Shown one piece after another: positions 9,345 to 18,010 of a stretch of DNA of 64,000 nt (position 1 is the first letter of the stretch; the number at the start of each line of letters is the position of its first letter). Position numbers and translations under genes: made by a program. The notes beneath the pieces were generated by a model. The model did no database searches. It saw nothing but the letters and a program-made list of their open reading frames with translations, and was not told where the DNA came from. The stretch is taken from contig CP129489.1 in assembly GCA_030584065.1 (NCBI GenBank), positions 3,510,235 to 3,574,234 on the forward strand, read 5' to 3'. The DNA comes from Flavobacteriales bacterium (GTDB lineage Bacteria; Bacteroidota; Bacteroidia; Flavobacteriales_F; PHOS-HE28).

Positions 9345-9932
9345 ATGGATGCGAACGGCGCTCGTGCGTACATCCTGCACCGCCTCCGGCATGAGCTGCC
9401 GGCAGGTCGCACGTACCACTCCCTTGAGCATACGCTGGATGTATATGCCAGTGTCATCAGTATCGCTGAGCAGGAGGGGATCACCGGTGAGGGCCTAGTG
9501 CTGCTGAAGATCGCCGCGCTCTATCACGACGCTGGATTCACGGTACAGGACACGGACCATGAGGAGGCCGGTTGCGCCATCGTGCGGAGCGTGCTGCCGG
9601 GTTACGGCTTCGCGGAGGCTCAGGTAGAGGCCATCTGCGCCATGATCATGGCCACGCGCATCCCCCAGCAGCCCTCCAATGAACTGGCCAAGGTGCTTTG
9701 CGATGCGGACCTGGATTATCTCGGACGCCCGGATTTCGACCGGATAGGGTCGACGCTCTTCGAGGAGATGCGGACCTACGGCGCGCTGACCACCGAGCGG
9801 GAGTGGAACGAGCTGCAGGTCCGTTTCCTGGAGCGCCACGCCTATTTCACGCCCACCAACAAGCGTCTGCGAGAACCTTTGAAGCAGAAGCACTTGGCCT
9901 CGGTGCGGGCATGGCTGGAGAGCCATCCCTGA
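9345..9932 (+). CDS. HD-domain phosphohydrolase family protein
   Basis: HSLEH...ALYHDAGF metal-binding HD motif; 195 aa. Confidence 0.7.
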   Translation: MDANGARAYILHRLRHELPAGRTYHSLEHTLDVYASVISIAEQEGITGEGLVLLKIAALYHDAGFTVQDTDHEEAGCAIVRSVLPGYGFAEAQVEAICAMIMATRIPQQPSNELAKVLCDADLDYLGRPDFDRIGSTLFEEMRTYGALTTEREWNELQVRFLERHAYFTPTNKRLREPLKQKHLASVRAWLESHP

Positions 9933-9976
9933 CCCCGGAATGACAAGGACCCCGCAGCGCGGGGTCCTCATCGCAG

Positions 9977-10049
9977 TGGTGCCTCCCAGAATCGAACTGG
10001 GGACACACGGATTTTCAATCCGTTGCTCTACCAGCTGAGCTAAGGCACC
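9977..10049 (-). tRNA. tRNA-Phe (anticodon GAA)
   Basis: The reverse complement GGTGCCTTAGCTCAGCTGGTAGAGCAACGGATTGAAAATCCGTGTGTCCCCAGTTCGATTCTGGGAGGCACCA folds as a cloverleaf. The anticodon loop is TTGAAAA with a GAA anticodon, and it ends in an encoded CCA. It closely resembles canonical bacterial tRNA-Phe. Confidence 0.85.
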
Positions 10050-10134
10050 ATTTCCTTTGCGTCGACAGGTCGTTGCCGTCCTGAACCGACGAAGGCGCGC
10101 AAAGATAGACAAGCGTCGCAACCAACCACCAGGC

Positions 10135-10902
10135 ATGGAACTGATCCTCGATGCAGGCAATACGCGCGTGAAGGCCGGCCTCTTCCGCGAAGGCAGGCTG
10201 GTGCGGGTCATCGCGCTGGCCCCGGATGATCTCGAAGGGCTCCGGGGCTTCGTCGGCGATGCGGATGTGCTGGAGGTCGTGATCGGCTCGGTGGCCTCCT
10301 CCGAAGGGGCTGTACTGGCCGGCGCCGCGGAATTCGCCCCAGTGCACTCCATCACCGGTGCATCCGCATCGCCTGTGCGCTCATCGTACCGCACCCCGTC
10401 CACGCTCGGGGTGGATCGCTTGGCGAATGCCGTGGCGGCAGCCGCATTCTTCCCCGGCCGCGCCGCGCTGGCCATCGACCTGGGGACCTGCATCACCTAC
10501 GACTTGGTGGACCCCCAGGGCAACTACCTCGGCGGCGCCATCTCGCCCGGCATGCGGATGCGGGCGAAGGCCATGCATGCCTATAGCGCCCGCCTGCCGC
10601 TGGTGGAGCCGGCAATGGAGTCCATTCCGTTCGGCGATAGCACCGAATCCGCACTCCAATCGGGCCTGTATCACGGTATTGCAGGTGAGGTCGAGCGCTT
10701 CATGCACCTGGCCCGTTCGAGTTTCACCGATGCCTGTGTTGTCCTTACCGGTGGTGACGCCCTGGGGTTCGCCCGCGGCCTGAAAAGCGGCATCTTTGCC
10801 CACCCGTTCCTGACCCTTGAAGGTTTACGCCTCATACACCGGCACTTACATGCTGGCACTGGCCCTCCCGGTGCTGGCCTCGGCACAGGGGCAGCAGGGT
10901 AG
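10135..10902 (+). CDS. coaX: Type III pantothenate kinase
   Basis: The internal ATG gives MELILDAGNTRVKAGLF; Bvg accessory factor / CoaX fold, about 255 aa. Confidence 0.85.
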   Translation: MELILDAGNTRVKAGLFREGRLVRVIALAPDDLEGLRGFVGDADVLEVVIGSVASSEGAVLAGAAEFAPVHSITGASASPVRSSYRTPSTLGVDRLANAVAAAAFFPGRAALAIDLGTCITYDLVDPQGNYLGGAISPGMRMRAKAMHAYSARLPLVEPAMESIPFGDSTESALQSGLYHGIAGEVERFMHLARSSFTDACVVLTGGDALGFARGLKSGIFAHPFLTLEGLRLIHRHLHAGTGPPGAGLGTGAAG

Positions 10903-12292
10903 TGGGTCTCCCTATTCCTCCCATGGCCTTGGTGACCTGACCGGGACTTCGCAGGTGGTGCAGGCAGGCATGGGGGGCTTGGGCGTGGTGGTGGCCGACC
11001 CCTATGGCGTGGCCCGCGCCAACCCGGCCACCTACCCCTATCTCTCGCATGCCGTGTACGAAATGGGGCTCGCCGTGCGCTCCATGGACATGACCATTGC
11101 CGAGAGCACGAGCCGCGGCCGAAGCGCCCGTATCCTGGGTTTGTCCTTGGGCGTGCCGTTCGCCCGTGGCAAGTGGGGCATGGCCTTGGGCTTGCAGCCG
11201 TATTCCACCGTGGCCTACCAGATTGAGGAGACAGGCACCGTCGATGGCGGGACCGTCCGCTACCAGTATTCCGGCTCGGGGGGCATCAATCGGGCCTATC
11301 TCGGATTCGGCCGTGTGCTATGGCAGCGCTCGGATAGCGGCCGCACCTTCGGGCGCTTGAGCGTCGGAGCCAATCTGGAATACCTCTTCGGAAGCGTCGA
11401 GGCGGCCCGCAAGGCCTATTATCCGCTGGGTACCGGGCATTACAACAGCAGCATCACCTCCACCTTGGCGCTTAAAGCGCCTACGGCGACGGTAGGCCTG
11501 CTCTACTCCGGCGACATCCGGTCCCAGCGCCGGGCCGAGGAGCGGATGGGGCGCCGCAAGGAGGCCCTGCGGGCCGCTGACCGGCGCGAGGAGATGGAAT
11601 GGCTCAATGCCGGCCGTGACCCCAAGGACAGGAAGCCCCTGAAGCTGCCCAAGGGCGAAGGGGAGGCCTTGCGGTTCCGCGTCGGCATCGGAATCGATGC
11701 ACCCGTGGCGCTCAACGCGCGTCATACCAGCCTCGCCACATCCTTCCTTCTCAGCAGCGCTGGGGTCGAGTTCCCGCGCGATACGGCCGCCCAGGTCAAT
11801 GGCGCCCGTGGCAGCTTGGACCTGCCTGTCGGGGTCAGCGCAGGGCTCTCGATCTATAATGCACGGTGGACCTTTGCCGCAGAGGTGCAACAGCGTGATT
11901 GGTCGGCGCTCCGGGCCGATGTGGAAGGGTATGAGCTGCGCACCGATCTGCGCACGGCCACCACCTATGCCGCAGGCGCCAGCTACCGGCCGGCCGGCGA
12001 GATGGGCGGAAGCTTCCTGCGGCGCGCCATCTACCGCACCGGATTCCGATACACGGAGGAGCCCATTGCGCTGCGCGGGACCTCCATCCGGCAGCTTGGC
12101 ATGTCATTTGGCCTATCCCTCCCGCTCATGGGGTCGAACACCCGCAGCCGCCTCAACCTCGCCACGGAAATCGGCGAGCGGGGCACCACTGCGAACGGTC
12201 TGCTCCGCGAGCGCTTCGCCAACATCTACATCGGCGTGTCCATCACGCCAGACCTCAGGGAACAATGGTTCAAGAAACGACGGATCGACTGA
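10850..12292 (+). CDS. Hypothetical exported / outer-membrane protein (signal peptide, amphipathic beta-strand pattern)
   Basis: The ATG at 10850 gives MLALALPVLASAQ. It is Gly/Ser/Tyr-rich with alternating hydrophobic strands typical of barrels. Its 5' end overlaps coaX by 53 nt, and its stop overlaps the next ATG (TGATG). Confidence 0.5.
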   Translation: MLALALPVLASAQGQQGSGSPYSSHGLGDLTGTSQVVQAGMGGLGVVVADPYGVARANPATYPYLSHAVYEMGLAVRSMDMTIAESTSRGRSARILGLSLGVPFARGKWGMALGLQPYSTVAYQIEETGTVDGGTVRYQYSGSGGINRAYLGFGRVLWQRSDSGRTFGRLSVGANLEYLFGSVEAARKAYYPLGTGHYNSSITSTLALKAPTATVGLLYSGDIRSQRRAEERMGRRKEALRAADRREEMEWLNAGRDPKDRKPLKLPKGEGEALRFRVGIGIDAPVALNARHTSLATSFLLSSAGVEFPRDTAAQVNGARGSLDLPVGVSAGLSIYNARWTFAAEVQQRDWSALRADVEGYELRTDLRTATTYAAGASYRPAGEMGGSFLRRAIYRTGFRYTEEPIALRGTSIRQLGMSFGLSLPLMGSNTRSRLNLATEIGERGTTANGLLRERFANIYIGVSITPDLREQWFKKRRID

Positions 12293-13611
12293 TGAAGACC
12301 TTCCTCCATAGCCTCTTTCTCCTGATTGCCTTGGGCTCGGCCTTGGGTACCGCTGCCCAGAGCAAGTACGGCGCTACGCCTGCGGACAGCGTGGAATGCG
12401 TGAAGAACCTCTCGCTCTACCAGGAGTACATGAAGCAGAACGCCACGGCCGATGCCTATGCACCGTACCGCGAGCTGCTCCGCATCTGCCCGGCCTGTAG
12501 CAAGGGCGTCTACCAGAATGGGGTGAAGATGTTCAATGCCTTCATCGCCAAGGAGAAGGATGCCGCGCGCAAGGAGCGGTTGATCGACTCCCTGATGCTG
12601 AATTACGACTTGCGCATCACGCATTTCGGGGAGAAGGCCTTCGTCCTCGGCCGCAAGGGGGTGGATCTGCAGTACCACCGCCCCGCGAAGTGCCAGGAAG
12701 CCTACGACGTGCTGAAGGAGAGCGTGGACCTCGGCGGGTCGCGGAGCGAGCCCGGCACGCTGAGCGCCTACTATCAATCCCTGAACTGCCTTTATGCCGC
12801 GGGAGCAGCCACCAAGGAGCAGATGCTCTCCGAGTACGTGAAGGTGATCGGCACCATCGAACAAGCGCTGGCCGATCCTGCCACCAAGGAAGTGGACATG
12901 GAGTACTGGGTGAAGGCGCGCGACAATGTCAACAGTGTCTTCTTCAGGGTGGCGGAGTGCAAGGAAATCGGCGATATCGCGGCCAAGCTGGTGCAAGAGC
13001 GCCCGGACGACTTGGAGCTCAAGGGCCGCCTCTTGAAGGTGCTGAACGGCAAGGATTGCACCGAGGAGAAGGTGTACCTGGTGCTGGCCGAGGATGTGCA
13101 CCGCGCCAACCCCACCAGCGAGAGCGCCTACAGCCTGGGCCAGTCCCTGGTGAAGAAGGGCGATATGAGCGGAGCGCTCAAGTACATGAAGGAGGCCGTT
13201 GATCTCTGCACCGGCTGCAGCGACCGCGTGAAGTACCTGCTCAAGGCCGGCCAGGTTTCCAGTGCCGCCGGCAACCATGCCCAGGCCCGCAGCTTCGCCA
13301 ACCAGGTGCTCCAGCTCGAACCGAAGAACGGCGAGGCGCTCATCCTCATCGGGAATGCCGTGGTATCCTCGGCCGGCAACTGCGAAGTGCCGGAGAAATG
13401 GGGCGTGTACTGGCTTGCCTACGACTACTACCAGAAGGCCCGCTCCCTGGATCCCTCCGTGGCGGAAAAGGCATCTGAGCGCATGGGTTCATGCAATGCG
13501 CGCTTCCCCACCAAGGAGGAGCTCTTCTTCCACCAGCTCGCCGACGGCGCCTCCTACCAGGCAGCCTGCGGCGGGCTCAGCGAGACGACCACGGTGCGTG
13601 CCCGCAAATAG
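12292..13611 (+). CDS. TPR-like repeat protein with signal peptide
   Basis: MKTFLHSLFLLIALGSALGTAAQ followed by repeated helical hairpins (YYQ..., ALKYMKEAVDL...), in a conserved position upstream of the LptC-like gene. Confidence 0.65.
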   Translation: MKTFLHSLFLLIALGSALGTAAQSKYGATPADSVECVKNLSLYQEYMKQNATADAYAPYRELLRICPACSKGVYQNGVKMFNAFIAKEKDAARKERLIDSLMLNYDLRITHFGEKAFVLGRKGVDLQYHRPAKCQEAYDVLKESVDLGGSRSEPGTLSAYYQSLNCLYAAGAATKEQMLSEYVKVIGTIEQALADPATKEVDMEYWVKARDNVNSVFFRVAECKEIGDIAAKLVQERPDDLELKGRLLKVLNGKDCTEEKVYLVLAEDVHRANPTSESAYSLGQSLVKKGDMSGALKYMKEAVDLCTGCSDRVKYLLKAGQVSSAAGNHAQARSFANQVLQLEPKNGEALILIGNAVVSSAGNCEVPEKWGVYWLAYDYYQKARSLDPSVAEKASERMGSCNARFPTKEELFFHQLADGASYQAACGGLSETTTVRARK

Positions 13612-13614
13612 TCC

Positions 13615-14196
13615 GTGCTGAGCGCATTGCGCATCCCTTCTGCCGGCAGCCTGCCCGCCCTTCTGATGGCGGGCATGCTGGTTTCATGCAAGAACGACCT
13701 GGAGCGCGTGGCGGCGGTTGAGTTGCCCGAGGCGGTTCCGGAGAGGGTGACCGAGCAGGCCGAATACCTCTACACCGATTCGGGCATCGTGCGCAACCGG
13801 CTGCGCGCGGGGCGCATCAGCGAGTGGGGCGGAGAAGCCAAGCGCACCGAGCTCTCCGATGGACTGGAGCTGGTGTTCTTCGATCCGCTCGGTCGCCAGA
13901 CCAGCACCCTCACGGCCCGACGGGGCGCCATTTGGCCTGCGCAGAAGCGCATGGAGGTGCATGAGCAGGTGGTCTTCGTGAATGCCAAGGGTGAGCGGCT
14001 GGAGACGGAATCGCTCACCTGGCACCAGGATAGCGCCCGTGTCCGCACCGACAAGGCCGTGCGCATCCAGCGCGGGCGCGATGTGATCCATGGCCTCGGC
14101 CTGGACGCGGCGGAGGACTTCAGCAGCTATGTCATCAGGCGGGTAACGGGCACCCTGCACCTCGATGGCGATACCTTGGCCCCCGAACACCCCTAG
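13615..14196 (+). CDS. LptC-family (OstA-like beta-jellyroll) periplasmic lipoprotein; GTG start
   Basis: Lipobox LLMAGMLVSC. The body (EYLYTDSGIVRNRL...LETESLTWHQDSARVRTDKAVRIQRG...) has a beta-strand pattern resembling LptC/LptA. Confidence 0.55.
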   Translation: MLSALRIPSAGSLPALLMAGMLVSCKNDLERVAAVELPEAVPERVTEQAEYLYTDSGIVRNRLRAGRISEWGGEAKRTELSDGLELVFFDPLGRQTSTLTARRGAIWPAQKRMEVHEQVVFVNAKGERLETESLTWHQDSARVRTDKAVRIQRGRDVIHGLGLDAAEDFSSYVIRRVTGTLHLDGDTLAPEHP

Positions 14197-14199
14197 AAG

Positions 14200-14418
14200 A
14201 TGGGCACCATCCGCAAGCTCGGCCGATTCATGGAGCACTTCTGGCTGGCCGTGGCCATCGGCACCTTGGTGGCCTCCATCTGGGTTATAGCGGCGGATGG
14301 CTTCGCACAGGGGCGGCAATGGCTGCTCTTCCCGGCAATCGCCATGGCCATGTTCTTCTTCCGGCGCTTCACGCGCAGGAAGCTGGAGGCGATGGAGGAC
14401 CGCCGGTCTGCACGCTGA
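14200..14418 (+). CDS. Small two-helix membrane protein (72 aa), hypothetical
   Basis: MGTIRKLGRFMEHFWLAVAIGTLVASIWVIAADG...LLFPAIAMAMFFFRRF has two hydrophobic helices and high GC3. It lies 4 nt after the LptC-like stop and overlaps the implausible N-terminal extension of the next ORF. Confidence 0.45.
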   Translation: MGTIRKLGRFMEHFWLAVAIGTLVASIWVIAADGFAQGRQWLLFPAIAMAMFFFRRFTRRKLEAMEDRRSAR

Positions 14419-14468
14419 AGGCAACGCCAAGCGCCCGCTATCTTCGCCCGACGCCGTTCCGGAGCACT

Positions 14469-15746
14469 TTGGAGCCGACCGATCTTTTCCTCATCGCCGC
14501 CTCGGTGGTCATTTCGGCGCTTTGCTCGGGCTTGGAGATCGCCTTCGTGTCGAGCAACAAGCTCTACATCGAGCTCGAGCGCAAGCGCGGTGCCGTATGG
14601 GCCCGACTGGTGGGCGTCTTGCAGCGCAACCCGGGGCGGGTCATCGGGGCGTTGCTGGTGGGCAACAACATCGCGCTGGTCGTGTACGGTGTGCTCATGG
14701 CCAAGGTCATCGAGCCGTGGCTGGCCGGATTCGGATGGGGGCCGGTCCTGGTCCTCATCGGGCAGACCGTGCTCAGCACCCTGCTCATCCTGGTGGTTGC
14801 GGAGTTCCTGCCCAAGGCGCTCTTCCGGCTCGACGCGAACCGTTCGCTGGCCCTGTTCACTGTGCCGCTCCTGTTGCTGTATGTGCTCTTGTGGGTGCCC
14901 ATGATGCTCATCACCGGTCTCAGTGAACTGGTCCTCAGGGTGTTCCGCATCCAAACCAAGCCCGGTCAGATTGCATTCGGCCGCATCGACCTGGATGAAT
15001 TCCTGCGGGAGATGGCCTCCGGCAGCGAGCAGCAGCAGCACCTGGATGCCGAGGTGGAGTATTTCCGCAACACGCTGGAACTGAGCAGTATCAAGGCGCG
15101 GGAGATCATGGTGCCGCGGGCGCGTATCGAGGCCGTGGATGCCGAGGAGGGCTTGGACCTGCTGCATCGCCGCTTCGTGGATACCGGCATGAGCAAGCTG
15201 CTGGTCTACAAGGACAGCATCGACAACGTCATCGGGTACGTCCACGGGTACGAGCTTTTCCGACACCCGCGCTCGGTGCGGTCCATCCTCCGGCCGGTGA
15301 ACTTCATCCCGGGCACCATGCCTGCGGATGAGGTGCTGCAGCTCTTCATCAAGCAGCGCACGCACGTGGCGGTGGTGGTGGATGAGTTCGGCGGAACAGC
15401 GGGTATGCTCACCATGGAGGATGTGGTGGAGACCATCGTGGGGGACATCGAGGACGAGCACGATACGCCGGAGGATGTCATGGAGCGCGTGGGGGAGCAT
15501 GAATTCCTGCTCAGCGGCCGCCTTGAGGTGGATACACTGCGACGTGAGCTCGGGCTCGCCATTCCTGAGGGCGAGGAATACGACACCCTGGCCGGATTCA
15601 TCCTCCATCGCACGGGCGACCTGCCCGAGCAGGGCCAGGAGATCGACCTGCACCCCTTCAGGATGGTGGTGGCCCAGGTGGCCCATGGCCGCATCGACCT
15701 GGTACGTCTGCTTGTGACCGACCCGGGCCCCGGCTATCTGACCTGA
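14469..15746 (+). CDS. gldE: DUF21-CBS-CorC_HlyC family membrane protein (gliding motility GldE-like / TlyC-CorC hemolysin family)
   Basis: DUF21 TM region (LFLIAASVVISALCSGLEIAFVSS), a CBS pair and a CorC_HlyC C-domain. The track's ATG at 14319 adds 50 Pro/Arg/Gly-rich residues overlapping the small membrane ORF. The TTG at 14469 just before the first TM helix is proposed as the start; the 5' end is uncertain. Confidence 0.75.
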   Translation: MEPTDLFLIAASVVISALCSGLEIAFVSSNKLYIELERKRGAVWARLVGVLQRNPGRVIGALLVGNNIALVVYGVLMAKVIEPWLAGFGWGPVLVLIGQTVLSTLLILVVAEFLPKALFRLDANRSLALFTVPLLLLYVLLWVPMMLITGLSELVLRVFRIQTKPGQIAFGRIDLDEFLREMASGSEQQQHLDAEVEYFRNTLELSSIKAREIMVPRARIEAVDAEEGLDLLHRRFVDTGMSKLLVYKDSIDNVIGYVHGYELFRHPRSVRSILRPVNFIPGTMPADEVLQLFIKQRTHVAVVVDEFGGTAGMLTMEDVVETIVGDIEDEHDTPEDVMERVGEHEFLLSGRLEVDTLRRELGLAIPEGEEYDTLAGFILHRTGDLPEQGQEIDLHPFRMVVAQVAHGRIDLVRLLVTDPGPGYLT

Positions 15747-15834
15747 GGCGCAAGGGCCTTGCGCTCAAAGCGTTGCGGTGCTTCCCGCCGATCGGGGCCG
15801 TCCCCTATATTCGCAGCCCCAAATTCAGCAGGCA

Positions 15835-17910
15835 ATGGCAGTTATCGGCAAGATCCGCGAGCGCAGCGGCCTCCTCGTAGTGCTCGTGGGCGGTGCGTTG
15901 GCCCTATTCATCCTTGATGCGCTGCTTTCCAACCGTACGGGCCTGGGCCGCAACGATCAGGCCGTCGGCGAGGTGGCTGGGGAGGAGATCGGACTCGCCG
16001 AATTCGACCGGCGCGTGAGCGACGAGGTGGAGAGTTATCGCAACGAGTTCGGCCAGGCGGCCAATGCCCAAGTGACCGAGCAGGTGCGCAACACCGTGTG
16101 GAATGAGCTGGTGAAGGGCAAGGTGCTGCTCGGCCAGGTGAAGGCCGCCGGATTCACCATCACCAAGCCGGAGTATGACGATGTCCGCTTCGGCGACAAT
16201 GTGATGCCCGAGTTCCAGGGCCAGTTCAATGGCGCGGATGGCAAGCCCGATAAAGCCCGCCTGCGGGAGTACTTCAGCTCCATTCAGCTGAATGCACCCG
16301 TCTACCATGAGATCCAATCGCGCCGGATCCAGGAGAACCGCCTCTACGCCAAGTACAATGCGCTGGTGAAGAAGAGCGTCTTCGTGAACAGCGCCCAGGC
16401 CCGCGACGAATTCAACGCCAAGAATACACGGGCCACCTTCAATTTCGTGGCCAAGCGCTACGATAGCGAGCCCGACAGCCTCTACGCGGTGAGCGACCGT
16501 GACCTGCGCCGCTACTACGACAAGCACAAGAATGACCCGAAGCACAAGCAGAAAGCCTCACGGTCCTTCGATTACGTGCTCTTCCCGGTGCTGCCAAGCG
16601 ATGCTGACCGTGCGGCGATCCAGGATGACCTGGCGCGGCTGAAGGGCGAATTCGAAGCGGCCACGGACGATTCCGCCTTCGTGCTCGGCAACGCGGCCTC
16701 CCGTGCGTACACCAAGGTCCCGTACGTGGCCGGAACGGCGGACAAGCTGAATGATTCCCTGATCGTGAACGGCGCAGTGGGCGCCGTGATCGGTCCCTTC
16801 CAGGAGGGTGAGACGGTGAAGCTGGTGAAGGTGAAGGAGCTGGCCGATGTGCCGGAGGCGCGCGTGCGCCACATCCTGCTGAGCACCCAGAAGGGTGTGG
16901 GCGAGGATGACCAGAAGAAGCGGGCCGACAGCCTTCTCACGGTGGTGAAGAAGGACCGGAGCAAGTTCGCCGACCTCGTGACCAAGTTCAGCGACGACCC
17001 CGGCAGCGTGAGCAACGGAGGCGTGTACGAGTGGTTCGACAAGCAGCAGATGGTACCGGAGTTCACAGCAGCCAGCTTCGATCAGAAGGTGGGCGCCATC
17101 ACTATCTGCAAGACGAGCTACGGTTTCCATATCGTCGAGGTGCTCGGCCAGCGCACCCGCCAGGAGCGTCGCATCATCACCGTCGACCGTCCGGTGAAGC
17201 CGTCGGGCGCCACCTTCAAGGAGGTGTACAAACGCGCCAATGAGTTCAGCCTGCGCAATAAGTCGGCGGAGGCGATCAAGGCAGCCGCTGAGGAGCAGGG
17301 CCTGCAGGTGACCAATGTGGCCGACCTGCGGAGCGACCAGCGGTTCGTTCAGGGCCTTCAGCAGCCTGCGTCGGTCATCGGCTGGGTGAACCGGGCCAAA
17401 GTGGGAGAGGTGAGCGATCCAAAGGAGGCCGGTGACAACTATGTGGTTGCGGTGCTGCTGGGCGCCAAGGAAGAGGGCGTGCCTGCGCTGGAGGATGTGC
17501 GCGAGGCCTTCATGAAGGAGGCCGCCAAGGAGAAGAAGGCAGAGACCTACCTGGAGAGGATGAAGGGCAAGACCGATGTCAGTGCGTTGGCCACCGAGAT
17601 GGGCGTGAGCGTGCAGACCGCCACGGACATGCTGTTCAATGCATTCAGCATCCCCGGAGGCTACAGCGAGTTCGAGGTGGTGGGCCAGATATTCGCGCTA
17701 CAGGCGGGCCAGACCAGCGTGCCGCTGAAGGGCGACAATGCGGTGTACGTGGTGAGCATGACCTCGCGCGCCGACGCCCCCGCCGACGGCGACACGGCCG
17801 GGGACAAGGGCAGCCTGCTCGGCCGCCTGCAGAGCCGCGCGGAGAGCGCGCTGTTCAACGCCCTTCGCGAATCGGCCGGGGTGAAGGACAATCGCCACCT
17901 GTTCTACTGA
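15835..17910 (+). CDS. PpiD/SurA-like periplasmic peptidyl-prolyl cis-trans isomerase (N-terminal TM anchor, PpiC rotamase domain)
   Basis: The internal ATG gives MAVIGKIRERSGLLVVLVGGALALFIL (signal anchor). Parvulin motif RHILLST...FHIVEV. Confidence 0.8.
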   Translation: MAVIGKIRERSGLLVVLVGGALALFILDALLSNRTGLGRNDQAVGEVAGEEIGLAEFDRRVSDEVESYRNEFGQAANAQVTEQVRNTVWNELVKGKVLLGQVKAAGFTITKPEYDDVRFGDNVMPEFQGQFNGADGKPDKARLREYFSSIQLNAPVYHEIQSRRIQENRLYAKYNALVKKSVFVNSAQARDEFNAKNTRATFNFVAKRYDSEPDSLYAVSDRDLRRYYDKHKNDPKHKQKASRSFDYVLFPVLPSDADRAAIQDDLARLKGEFEAATDDSAFVLGNAASRAYTKVPYVAGTADKLNDSLIVNGAVGAVIGPFQEGETVKLVKVKELADVPEARVRHILLSTQKGVGEDDQKKRADSLLTVVKKDRSKFADLVTKFSDDPGSVSNGGVYEWFDKQQMVPEFTAASFDQKVGAITICKTSYGFHIVEVLGQRTRQERRIITVDRPVKPSGATFKEVYKRANEFSLRNKSAEAIKAAAEEQGLQVTNVADLRSDQRFVQGLQQPASVIGWVNRAKVGEVSDPKEAGDNYVVAVLLGAKEEGVPALEDVREAFMKEAAKEKKAETYLERMKGKTDVSALATEMGVSVQTATDMLFNAFSIPGGYSEFEVVGQIFALQAGQTSVPLKGDNAVYVVSMTSRADAPADGDTAGDKGSLLGRLQSRAESALFNALRESAGVKDNRHLFY

Positions 17911-17926
17911 GGGCTTCGGTCCTACG

Positions 17927-17963
17927 GAAGAACGCCGGCCCTTTGGCCGGCGTTCTTCTTTAT
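17927..17963 (+). terminator. Rho-independent terminator after the ppiD-like gene (perfect 14-bp stem plus T-rich tail)
   Basis: GAAGAACGCCGGCC cttt GGCCGGCGTTCTTC followed by TTTAT, lying between convergent genes. Confidence 0.6.
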
Positions 17964-18010
17964 GGTCCGGCCGATAAGCGGGCGGCGGCCGCCTCCGTGG
18001 CCGTCGTGGC

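Noticed and set aside
9153-9431. 92-aa minus-strand ORF between the histidine kinase and the HD-domain gene
   Set aside because: It overlaps the starts of both real genes, is Cys/Arg/Trp-rich and has no supporting motif.
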